Shown here piece by piece: positions 8,907-17,082 of a DNA stretch of 51,799 nt. A program made the position numbers and the translations under genes. The stretch is from a virus. The stretch covers positions 32,001 through 83,799 of the IMG/VR virus record IMGVR_UViG_3300025141_000053. The stretch is one strand, 5' to 3'. Under the pieces are notes generated by a model that saw only the letters and a program-made list of their open reading frames with translations, was not told the origin of the DNA and made no database searches. Position 1 is the stretch's first letter. Every line of letters starts with the position of its first letter.

Positions 8907-9005
8907 AAGAAAATGTGGGTAATAGCGAATCATGTTGATATAGTTAGGAGTTATTTCTTATGAGTAGCGGAAGAACCTTGACTATTACCCGCATTTTCTT
9001 TTTTA
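8907..9005 (+). ncRNA. Intergenic structured element: 19-bp terminal stem enclosing 56 nt, followed by a U-tract
   Basis: aagaaaatgtgggtaatag (8907-8925) pairs with ctattacccgcattttctt (8982-9000) with one G-U pair. Function unknown. Confidence 0.45.
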
Positions 9006-9015
9006 TGGAGACTAA

Positions 9016-9597
9016 ATGAAAAATTTTGAATCAACATTTTGGACCGAAACAGATAAGCCTGTTAGCGCAAATGCATCAATAAAGTTTGAGGGAGGAGTAA
9101 AATCTTCTAAGTTAATAAGAAATTTAATGAATTTGTGTTACAATTTCGGTATTGGTTTAACTTCTCCAATGTTGTCTCAAGATAACGAAGAACTTATGAT
9201 TTTTGGTTTAAAATTGATAATACCAGGAACTCAATATGCTAAAAAATATCATTATCATATGGAAAAATGTGTTTCCACTATCGAGGATTATTTAAAAGAA
9301 GTGGAAAAACAAATGGATTTTGTATCATTAGACATATCTATGTTTTCCAATTTTGATATGGGGGAAATTAATTTTGATTCTATTGCTAATCAGCGAGATA
9401 ATAAATATAATGGTTCTTGGCATAATTTTATAATTGATCTTACCAATAATAAGAAAATAAATGAAGTTAAGTTTGTGGAGAAGTGTATTGAATTTGAAGA
9501 AAAAAATAAGACAGATCTTGGAATTGTAAGTGGTCAAATAACTAGTTTACTTGCAATGAGTAAGTCTGGATTATTTAAATATGAAGAAAAGAATTAG
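9016..9597 (+). CDS. Hypothetical protein (193 aa)
   Basis: ORF with GGAG SD. Confidence 0.75.
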   Translation: MKNFESTFWTETDKPVSANASIKFEGGVKSSKLIRNLMNLCYNFGIGLTSPMLSQDNEELMIFGLKLIIPGTQYAKKYHYHMEKCVSTIEDYLKEVEKQMDFVSLDISMFSNFDMGEINFDSIANQRDNKYNGSWHNFIIDLTNNKKINEVKFVEKCIEFEEKNKTDLGIVSGQITSLLAMSKSGLFKYEEKN

Positions 9598-9605
9598 GAG
9601 AAAAT

Positions 9606-9788
9606 ATGGAAGAATTGGTTCTAACACTAAAGGGAAGTCGTCCTTGGTCGAAAGAAGAAGAAACAACCGCTTGTAAGATAAAAGTAAAAAGTGGAATGAC
9701 CAAAGAAGAATTTATTTATAAACTGCAAGATATGTTTGTTGTTGTATTAGAAAATGAAAATTCTATGATGGACAAAGATGATGAGTAA
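9606..9788 (+). CDS. Hypothetical protein (60 aa)
   Basis: ORF with AGGAG SD. Confidence 0.6.
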   Translation: MEELVLTLKGSRPWSKEEETTACKIKVKSGMTKEEFIYKLQDMFVVVLENENSMMDKDDE

Positions 9789-10419
9789 AGAAGAAGTCAC
9801 AAAAATATGGGGCAATATGGTTGGAGCCATATTGAAATATAATCGTACAAGAATTAGTATGCGAGATGAACTTGGCAAGTTGCTAGAAGAAGAAAATGAC
9901 TTATTGAGAAGAAAAGTAATTTTACTTTTTAAAAATCTTAGAGAATATGAAGATATTATTGAAGAAGAATGGTTATCTAATATTATACCAACAGAAATAG
10001 AACTTACTGCAGAATCTCTCACAACATTATTTGATAATGATTTTAAAAACATTGCTCCCATAGTAAAAACTGATGGGCCACTAGGATCATTAGAACCTGA
10101 GTGGACGGAGAAGATTCAAAAAGCAGATTCTCTATTGTCTGATCGTGATGAAGTAGAAAAAGACATGATTTTAAAGAATTCTCTTATGGAGTCTGCAACC
10201 CCAAGAGAATTCATGATAAATGTAATTAGTCAAATGCACAAACAAGATAATCAATATAAGGAAAACTCCGAGAATGGTTTTTATAGGAGATCTGATAAAA
10301 AAATGTCGGGAGTTGATGAACTTGCTGATGCTCTTCCACCCATTCCTGAAGAAAAACCATCTTTGAATCAGCTACAGTTTGATGCTGCTGGAGATAAATT
10401 TAATTTCGAAAATGAGTAA
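9778..10419 (+). CDS. Hypothetical acidic protein ending in the same FNFENE tail as the SSB
   Basis: ORF in operon; C-terminus DKFNFENE. Confidence 0.75.
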   Translation: MMSKEEVTKIWGNMVGAILKYNRTRISMRDELGKLLEEENDLLRRKVILLFKNLREYEDIIEEEWLSNIIPTEIELTAESLTTLFDNDFKNIAPIVKTDGPLGSLEPEWTEKIQKADSLLSDRDEVEKDMILKNSLMESATPREFMINVISQMHKQDNQYKENSENGFYRRSDKKMSGVDELADALPPIPEEKPSLNQLQFDAAGDKFNFENE

Positions 10420-11005
10420 AAAAATAAAGACAAAGAACGTCAAGAATATCTTGGAACCAATTACTCCCAATCATTGTATTTTGGGTTTAGATTGTAGTTC
10501 TTCTGTCTTAGGTTGGGGCCTCATAGATCCTGAAACAAAAAGACTTGTTGCTTATGGATATTATAATTTAGCATCTTCCAAATATGATATTTTAGAAAGA
10601 TTGAATTATCTTTATCAGATTATTAAGTTAACATGTGAAGAATTTTTACCAAAAACAGTTGTTATTGAAGAGATAATTAAGTTTATGAAAGGTCGTTCAA
10701 GTGCTGCGACGATTATTTCCTTGGCTTCTTTTAATAGAACAGCACTTCTTTCGGCATATCATTCTGTTGGTGATGTTCATCGCATGAATGTTAATACTAT
10801 AAGGAAATTAGTAAAAAATGCTTGTAAGTTAAAAAATAAGATTGCCAAAGAAGATATGCCTGATATTATAAAAGAATATCTTTATAATGATTTAAAATAT
10901 TATAAAAAGCGCACAACAGGTTGGACAGATCAGACTTATGATCAGGCAGACGGGATTGCGACGGCATGGGCTTATGTATTGGAGAATTATGCCAGTAATA
11001 AATAA
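10412..11005 (+). CDS. ruvC: RuvC-like Holliday junction resolvase
   Basis: ILGLDCSSSVLGWGLI (catalytic D), VVIEE (E) and DQADGIATAWA (D..D), the RNase H-fold pattern. ATG 10412 overlaps the upstream stop. Confidence 0.8.
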   Translation: MSKKIKTKNVKNILEPITPNHCILGLDCSSSVLGWGLIDPETKRLVAYGYYNLASSKYDILERLNYLYQIIKLTCEEFLPKTVVIEEIIKFMKGRSSAATIISLASFNRTALLSAYHSVGDVHRMNVNTIRKLVKNACKLKNKIAKEDMPDIIKEYLYNDLKYYKKRTTGWTDQTYDQADGIATAWAYVLENYASNK

Positions 11006-11195
11006 AAAGAAAGAAAATTCAGAACTTTTTGATTTGTTGATTGAAAGTTTGCCTCCATTAAAAAATATGCTTTATGAGGCATTTGTGAAAATGTATTATG
11101 AAGAATGTTTTCCATTTATAAAAGTATCAATTTCAAAAAATTCAAAAATAAGAAAATGGGGCGAGTATCCTGTTTGTGATGAGGATATTAAATAA
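10989..11195 (+). CDS. Hypothetical protein (68 aa)
   Basis: GGAG SD before ATG 10989; TAATG coupling to dnaJ. Confidence 0.5.
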   Translation: MPVINKKKENSELFDLLIESLPPLKNMLYEAFVKMYYEECFPFIKVSISKNSKIRKWGEYPVCDEDIK

Positions 11196-12124
11196 TGAAT
11201 CCATATAAAACTTTAGGTGTTAGCCAAGATGCTTCTGAAGATGATATCAAAAAAGCATTTAAGGAAAAAGCAAAAAAATGGCATCCAGATTTAAATAGGG
11301 GAAATGAAAAAGAGGCAGAAGAGAAATTTAAAAAGGTCAATGAGGCTTATCAGAGATTGACAAATAAGTCTCAGCCAAATAAGTCTCAGCCAAATTTGGA
11401 AGATGATTATAACCCATTTGCTGATTTCTTTAATAGGGATAGTTTAAATAGTATTAGGAATATTGGATATATATCTATTTCATTAGAAGAAGTTATGTCT
11501 GGGATTAATAAGACAATTGAAATAGTTCAAAATAAATCTTGTAAATCTTGTGATGGTGTGGGATTTAAATTGTCCGATGAAATTTGTCCGCATTGTAAAG
11601 GAACAGGCGGAACTCAAATAAATAGAGGTATTATGAGAATAATGACTCAATGTTCTCCTTGTCAGGCAACTGGGAAGAAAATCGAATCTATTTGTGGTTT
11701 TTGTAATGGAAATAAAACGTATTCTTCAACGGAAAAAATTGATGTTATAATTCCAAAGGGAGTTAAGCATGGTTCTATGATACAAATAAAAGATCATTAT
11801 GTTGCCACAATAACTCATGTACAACATTCTATTTTTAAAAGAACTAACAATCCATTAAATTTAATTCAGGTTGTTAATGTAGATTGGTTAGATTCTTTAT
11901 TAGGAAAGACATTAAAAATATCGACACTTGATGGTAATAAAAAATTGAAACTTAAACCCATCATACAACAAGACTCGACATTACGAATGAAAAAGAGTGG
12001 CTTAGTTGATGAGAGTGGTTTAAGAGGACATATGTTTGTTAAAGTACAAGTAAATATGCCTAAAAAATTAAGTGAGAAACAAATTAAATTATTAGAAGAA
12101 ATAAGGAGAGAGAATGACGAATGA
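11195..12124 (+). CDS. dnaJ: DnaJ (Hsp40) co-chaperone
   Basis: J domain with HPD (KWHPDLN); four CxxCxGxG-like repeats (CKSCDGVG, CPHCKGTG, CSPCQATG, CGFCNGNK); C-terminal domain ending PKKLSEKQ. Confidence 0.93.
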   Translation: MNPYKTLGVSQDASEDDIKKAFKEKAKKWHPDLNRGNEKEAEEKFKKVNEAYQRLTNKSQPNKSQPNLEDDYNPFADFFNRDSLNSIRNIGYISISLEEVMSGINKTIEIVQNKSCKSCDGVGFKLSDEICPHCKGTGGTQINRGIMRIMTQCSPCQATGKKIESICGFCNGNKTYSSTEKIDVIIPKGVKHGSMIQIKDHYVATITHVQHSIFKRTNNPLNLIQVVNVDWLDSLLGKTLKISTLDGNKKLKLKPIIQQDSTLRMKKSGLVDESGLRGHMFVKVQVNMPKKLSEKQIKLLEEIRRENDE

Positions 12125-13235
12125 AAATCCTGATACAATTGGATTAATGTCTGCTATGAAAGAGTTAAATAAGACTTTTGGAGACAGCGGATTATTTGCT
12201 GGGGATAGTGAAGGTATCGAGCCAGTAGATGCTATATCATCAGGAAGTCTAGTTGTAGACGATCTAATTGGGGTTGGTGGATATCCCAGAAGCAGATTTG
12301 TTCAATTTGCTGGCAAGGAAAGCAGCGGAAAAACTTTTATGTCAGTAATGGTTATTAAAGAGTGGCAGAAGAGGCATCCAAAAAATTGGGCACTTTTTAT
12401 TGATGCGGAATATACTTATGATGAATCTTGGTTTAGATCATTGGGTGTTGATACTAGTAGACTAATGGTATTTAAAGAGGCTAGTGCTGTTAAGATTTGG
12501 AATTTACTTTGTGGAGTTCCTAAGCAAAATAAGACTACCAAAAAGGTTACAACGACTCCAGGTTTGTTACAAAAAGTAATTGACGCAAGAAATAATGATG
12601 AAGATGATATTATGAAGTATTTGGGAGTTGTTGTATTAGATAGTGTTGCCAATATGAGTCCACCAATTGAAGAATCATCTGCTGTTGAAAAACAGAACAT
12701 GGCCCCAATGGCAAGGTTTTTATCTAATGGTTTAAGAAGACTAACACCACTTGTTGCCAAATCAAATGTATTATTTATTGGTTTAAATCATATTCATATT
12801 AACATTGGTCAGATGTATGGCGATCCCGAAACCACTTCTGGTGGTAGAGCTTGGAAGCACGCTTTATCGATGACAGTAAATTTTGCTGCCCAAAATCAAA
12901 AAGATAATTTAATAATAGATGATGAAACCCAAGATATAATTGGTCATAGGGTTAAATTAAAGATTCAAAAAAATAAATGTGCCCCGATTAAGTCAAGAGA
13001 TTGTGAGTTTGATATTAAATATGTTAAAGGCATTGTTAATAGACATTTGGAGGTAGGGGAGTTAGCAATTAAATACGGTGTAATAGAAAGACCCAATAAC
13101 GTCATGTATGAATATGACGATCAGAAATGGAAAGGACGAGACAATTTTCTTGATGCTCTTGAAGAAAATGAAGAGTTACAAAAAGAGCTTATAGAAAAAA
13201 TTAATGAAGTTGTAGAAACTAGGAGGAATAGTTAA
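12114..13235 (+). CDS. recA: RecA/UvsX recombinase
   Basis: ISSGSLVVDDLIGVGGYP, Walker A GKESSGKT, FIDAE, Walker B VVLDSVA, YGDPETTSGGRAWK, KNKCAP. Confidence 0.95.
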   Translation: MTNENPDTIGLMSAMKELNKTFGDSGLFAGDSEGIEPVDAISSGSLVVDDLIGVGGYPRSRFVQFAGKESSGKTFMSVMVIKEWQKRHPKNWALFIDAEYTYDESWFRSLGVDTSRLMVFKEASAVKIWNLLCGVPKQNKTTKKVTTTPGLLQKVIDARNNDEDDIMKYLGVVVLDSVANMSPPIEESSAVEKQNMAPMARFLSNGLRRLTPLVAKSNVLFIGLNHIHINIGQMYGDPETTSGGRAWKHALSMTVNFAAQNQKDNLIIDDETQDIIGHRVKLKIQKNKCAPIKSRDCEFDIKYVKGIVNRHLEVGELAIKYGVIERPNNVMYEYDDQKWKGRDNFLDALEENEELQKELIEKINEVVETRRNS

Positions 13236-13561
13236 TGTTAATGACATGTACAAACAAAGGATGCTTACAGTCAAATGAAGCAAAATTAAATAGAAGAACT
13301 AATGAGGTAATATGTGCTGAGTGTGGCCAAGAAATTGGGGGAATTACAGACACTTTTAAGAAGATTTTAGATAGTCAAGGTCAAATTATAAGAGCAGAAT
13401 CTAAGTCTATGTCAGTTCAGTGTAATTCTTGTAAGAAGAAGTGCGATATTGATATTAAAGAAAATAAACCACATTGTAGTTTATGTAGTGAAGAATTACA
13501 ACTATCTGATACCTTTTTTAATATGGTAAAAACTATGGTAGAAAAAGAGAGTAATGAATAA
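13235..13561 (+). CDS. Double Zn-ribbon protein
   Basis: CTNKGC..CAECG and CNSC..CSLC; overlaps the primase start. Confidence 0.65.
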   Translation: MLMTCTNKGCLQSNEAKLNRRTNEVICAECGQEIGGITDTFKKILDSQGQIIRAESKSMSVQCNSCKKKCDIDIKENKPHCSLCSEELQLSDTFFNMVKTMVEKESNE

Positions 13562-14261
13562 GACATTTGATAAATTTATAGACTTTTGTCATAAATCTTT
13601 ATTAGAAGATAGTAGAGGGTTAGGATATTTAAAGAAGTCAAGAAATCTTAATATTGATGTAATAAAAGAATTTTCTTTAGGGTTATTCCCTCAAGATATG
13701 CGTATTTTATTTAAGGCAGCAGATCCTAAAACACTTAGGAAGCTTAATATAATCAAAAATGCGTCACACAGTGTATTTAAAACTTGGGAAATAATTTTTC
13801 CTGTACGAGATAGTTTTGGTAATCCTGTCGCTTTGGCAGGAAGATTAATTGACAATAATCAGAAATTATCAAAATATATGAATACTCCATACCATAAAAG
13901 AAATTATTTATTCGGTTTGGATTTAGCAAAAAGAGAAATTCTTAAAAAAGATAAAGTTTATGTTGTTGAGGGATATTTTGATGTAATCAAAGCACACCAA
14001 CATAACATAAAAAATGTTGTTGGTGTTTGTAGTTCATTTTTAACCAAAAGACAATTGGCTTTATTGGGCAGATATACAAAAAATGTTGTTTTAATGTTAG
14101 ATAATGATGAGCCTGGCAAGAAGAACACATTGAAAATTTTATCAAGATTTCAAGAACTTTCTGGCACAAATATATCATCTATTAACCCCTTTTATTCTGA
14201 TACTAAAGATTTGGATGAATTTCTGGATAAATATGGACCAGAGAAATTAAAATTGAGGTAA
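13554..14261 (+). CDS. dnaG: DnaG-type primase catalytic core (no N-terminal Zn-binding domain)
   Basis: IIFPVRDSFGNPVALAGR, KYMNTP, TOPRIM VVEGYFDV, LMLDNDEPG, KDLDEFL. Confidence 0.88.
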   Translation: MNKTFDKFIDFCHKSLLEDSRGLGYLKKSRNLNIDVIKEFSLGLFPQDMRILFKAADPKTLRKLNIIKNASHSVFKTWEIIFPVRDSFGNPVALAGRLIDNNQKLSKYMNTPYHKRNYLFGLDLAKREILKKDKVYVVEGYFDVIKAHQHNIKNVVGVCSSFLTKRQLALLGRYTKNVVLMLDNDEPGKKNTLKILSRFQELSGTNISSINPFYSDTKDLDEFLDKYGPEKLKLR

Positions 14262-14265
14262 ATAG

Positions 14266-14697
14266 ATGGTAAAAAAAAATAAGTCAGACTCATATCAATA
14301 TAAAATTGTAGAAATTCCCATTGACCCTTCTTTATTAGGAGAATTTTCTAATAACGAGGGGCTTGGGGGTTTTCTACATATTTCTTCTCATTCGGAAGAA
14401 CATGACGAATTAAAGAAACAGTTATTAGTTGAGGTATATAGACTTATCTCAACTAAACTTACTGTAAGACAAGCCGAAGTAGTATATATGTTTTTAGAGG
14501 GAAAAACACAGATGGAAATTGCCAATGCTCTTGGAGTACATCAAACTTCTGTTCATAAGTGTTTGAAAGGTAACATAGATTACACTAATGGTAAAAAGAG
14601 ATATGGCGGTGCTATTAAGAAGTTAAGAAAACTTTGTACGAGTGATGATAATATTGGCTCCATATTGAAAAGAATGCAAGAATGTAAGTTCGAATAA
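14266..14697 (+). CDS. Sigma70 region-4-like HTH protein
   Basis: LTVRQAEVVYMFLEGKTQMEIANALGVHQTSVHK. Confidence 0.7.
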   Translation: MVKKNKSDSYQYKIVEIPIDPSLLGEFSNNEGLGGFLHISSHSEEHDELKKQLLVEVYRLISTKLTVRQAEVVYMFLEGKTQMEIANALGVHQTSVHKCLKGNIDYTNGKKRYGGAIKKLRKLCTSDDNIGSILKRMQECKFE

Positions 14698-14861
14698 TTT
14701 TTATTTTTTCAAATTACTAATTTTACAAGGCAGTAGTAGCTTTACTATCATATAACGCGATATATTTAATGTATGAATTTGTCTCATTTATACAGATTTT
14801 TTATTCAACCTATCAATAAGTTAGTATTATCTTGAATATTTTATTGATAGGAGTGTGTAAA

Positions 14862-16700
14862 ATGCTTGAAAATTTTGGTATAGACTATGAAAAAGTTTTA
14901 GAAAAACTAAGTGAAGATAAAGACATAAAACCAGTAAAGGGCAATGAAGATAAGATGATGCGAGTTGCTTTTGACTTTTTTAGATTGAAAGATGCTAATC
15001 CTGAGACATTATGGCAGGTTCAGAAGGCAGATGACGGACAAGAGTATTTAATGAGGACTTTTTCCGATGGCGAAGAAGAAGGATTAAAGGCTGAGTCAGA
15101 TTGGGACGTACAATTAAATAAAGAAGGGACAGACCTTACTATATATAAGTCTGATGTTCCAGTTCATAGAATGGATTTAAATAATATGAAAATAGGGCGC
15201 GATGAGTCTGAGGGCTTTCGCGCTTTTGTTTATGGTAAATTACAAAAAAATGATACTGATTTTTTACAGAAACTTGCTATGGAAATGCCCTTAACAAAGA
15301 TTTCTGCGCTTAAGGAGTCTGGTATTGTTGACCTAGATGAAGCCCGCACAAAGGCTGAGTGGGCTGTTTTAGACAAAATAAGAAAAAGTGCCAGAAAACT
15401 TACCAAAGATATCAAAATGACGATTTTGATTACTACTAAAGACTTGGATATTAGAGATAGGCTAACTCTAAACGATGTGGATGCTGTTATTGTTAAAGTT
15501 GGTCCTACCAGCACCGATGTAGATCCTAATAGGTTAGTTACTCCCAAAAATTATTATTCTTTTTTTAAAAAAAGAATAAATAGACCTTTGGGAAAAGGTT
15601 CTTGGCTATATAAAGATTCTTTTGGAATGAAAGATGAGTCTGGGAAAGAGGAAGAAATAAATCTTTCCCCATTTGGAAAGGAAGAGAGTGGTAATATAAC
15701 ATATCATTTTTTAGACAAGACTTCAATAGCCCAACTTAATAATGCTTTTGGTAGGATGAATCAATATTATAAATTTGATTGGCCACAACGGAAACCATAC
15801 ATGAAGACTGTTGGTAATGTACATAGTCTTATTGATTATTTTTTGGCAAACAAAAGAGAAAGGAAATCTGTTGCTAGAATACCAGATTACCGCAAATCTG
15901 CGTTGTATGCTGCTCTCAAAGAAGCAAAAAAAAAATCCAAACCTACAGATATGGCACCATTCTTACTACAAGTAGTTAGCCAAACTCTTACAAATCTGCG
16001 TGGCAAAAATCAAGGATATTGGGTAAAGAATCAATATGTTGGCGAAGTTCAAAAGATTCTAAAGAGAGAGCGTCTGTATAGGGGCATAGTGGATAGTATG
16101 TGGGGTCCAATGACTCGTAATGCTTGGAATGGTTTTATTAAAAAATATCCTAGTGCTGCCAAATGGGGAATGAAATCATATTCTGGAAAACAAAAACCAG
16201 AACATAGAGTTCTTATTTGGTTTACTGATAATCATGAGAGATTAAGTGGTAAACAGCAACAGCAAATAAGTCCAGAGCAAGTACAACAGATGAAAAAAGA
16301 GATAGGTCAAGGTGTTGGAAAAGCAACTGACTGGATTTCTAAACAATTCGGTGGTAAGAAACCGGCTGTGGCACCAACAGCAGTCACTAAGGTACCTGGT
16401 GCTGCCAGCAATGTTCCGGGTGGTAGAGCCCCTGCGGCAGCTGATGATCAGTGGTCTTTAGCATTTCAAAATCTCGAAATGAAGAAAAGTGCCAGAAAAC
16501 CGGGTGAAACAATGCCTATGCCTAAGAAAAAAGATGAAACTGACGAAGAGCATAAAAAACGCGAAGATAAAGAAACAGAAAAACAGAAGAAAAAGAATAA
16601 AGAGGTTCAAAAAAGAAAGCCTGGACAAACACGAAGAATAAAGTTTAAAAATTCTGAAGCGCAATGGGAACTTGCTTTTAGCAGTTTAAAAAAAAAGTAG
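14862..16700 (+). CDS. Multi-module putative virion protein containing a peptidoglycan-binding-like domain
   Basis: AGGAG SD before ATG 14862. VGEVQKILKRERLYRGIVDSMWGPMTRNAW resembles PG_binding_1. A W-x-L-A-F / KSARK-type motif recurs three times. Confidence 0.65.
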   Translation: MLENFGIDYEKVLEKLSEDKDIKPVKGNEDKMMRVAFDFFRLKDANPETLWQVQKADDGQEYLMRTFSDGEEEGLKAESDWDVQLNKEGTDLTIYKSDVPVHRMDLNNMKIGRDESEGFRAFVYGKLQKNDTDFLQKLAMEMPLTKISALKESGIVDLDEARTKAEWAVLDKIRKSARKLTKDIKMTILITTKDLDIRDRLTLNDVDAVIVKVGPTSTDVDPNRLVTPKNYYSFFKKRINRPLGKGSWLYKDSFGMKDESGKEEEINLSPFGKEESGNITYHFLDKTSIAQLNNAFGRMNQYYKFDWPQRKPYMKTVGNVHSLIDYFLANKRERKSVARIPDYRKSALYAALKEAKKKSKPTDMAPFLLQVVSQTLTNLRGKNQGYWVKNQYVGEVQKILKRERLYRGIVDSMWGPMTRNAWNGFIKKYPSAAKWGMKSYSGKQKPEHRVLIWFTDNHERLSGKQQQQISPEQVQQMKKEIGQGVGKATDWISKQFGGKKPAVAPTAVTKVPGAASNVPGGRAPAAADDQWSLAFQNLEMKKSARKPGETMPMPKKKDETDEEHKKREDKETEKQKKKNKEVQKRKPGQTRRIKFKNSEAQWELAFSSLKKK

Positions 16701-16987
16701 AAGCGGGCTCGCCAACTGCTGGTAAGCGGGGGGGACATAAGTCTCCGCCTAAGGGATACCCAAAGGATAAATCGCAATATGCAGATCCAAAGAATTATAA
16801 ATATCCATTAGATACAGAAAAACGTGTTAGGGCGGCACATAGTTATCTTTCGCAGAAAAAGAATCAAAAGGGATATTCATTAGCAGAAATAAGTACGATG
16901 ATGTCTAAAATTAAATCTGCTGGCAAGAAATATGACATTGAGTATTCTGAAGTAGATGATCAATATAAAAAAGCATTTCGTAGATAA
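16697..16987 (+). CDS. 96-aa DUF6582-like domain reached by -1 frameshift from the upstream gene (not in the ORF track)
   Basis: The -1 frame after TTA AAA AAA AAG TAG reads VEAGSPTAGKRGGHKSPPKGYPKDKSQYADPKNYKYPLDTEKRVRAAHSYLSQ...KIKSAGKKYDIEYS...RR*. It has no usable start codon of its own before the conserved part. Confidence 0.65.
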   Translation, partial: VEAGSPTAGKRGGHKSPPKGYPKDKSQYADPKNYKYPLDTEKRVRAAHSYLSQKKNQKGYSLAEISTMMSKIKSAGKKYDIEYSEVDDQYKKAFRR

Positions 16988-17082
16988 GTAGCAAGAGATA
17001 GTTATATTGGACAGGAATATAATTTTGAGCAATATATTAATAATTTTAAATAAATAAGAGAATTCTTTTTGGAGGAAAAGAT

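Noticed and set aside
10412-11005. RuvC-like ORF as TnpB/Cas12-type or transposase
   Set aside because: It is only ~197 aa, with no Zn ribbon/REC region or flanking IS ends, and its recombination-operon context fits a resolvase.
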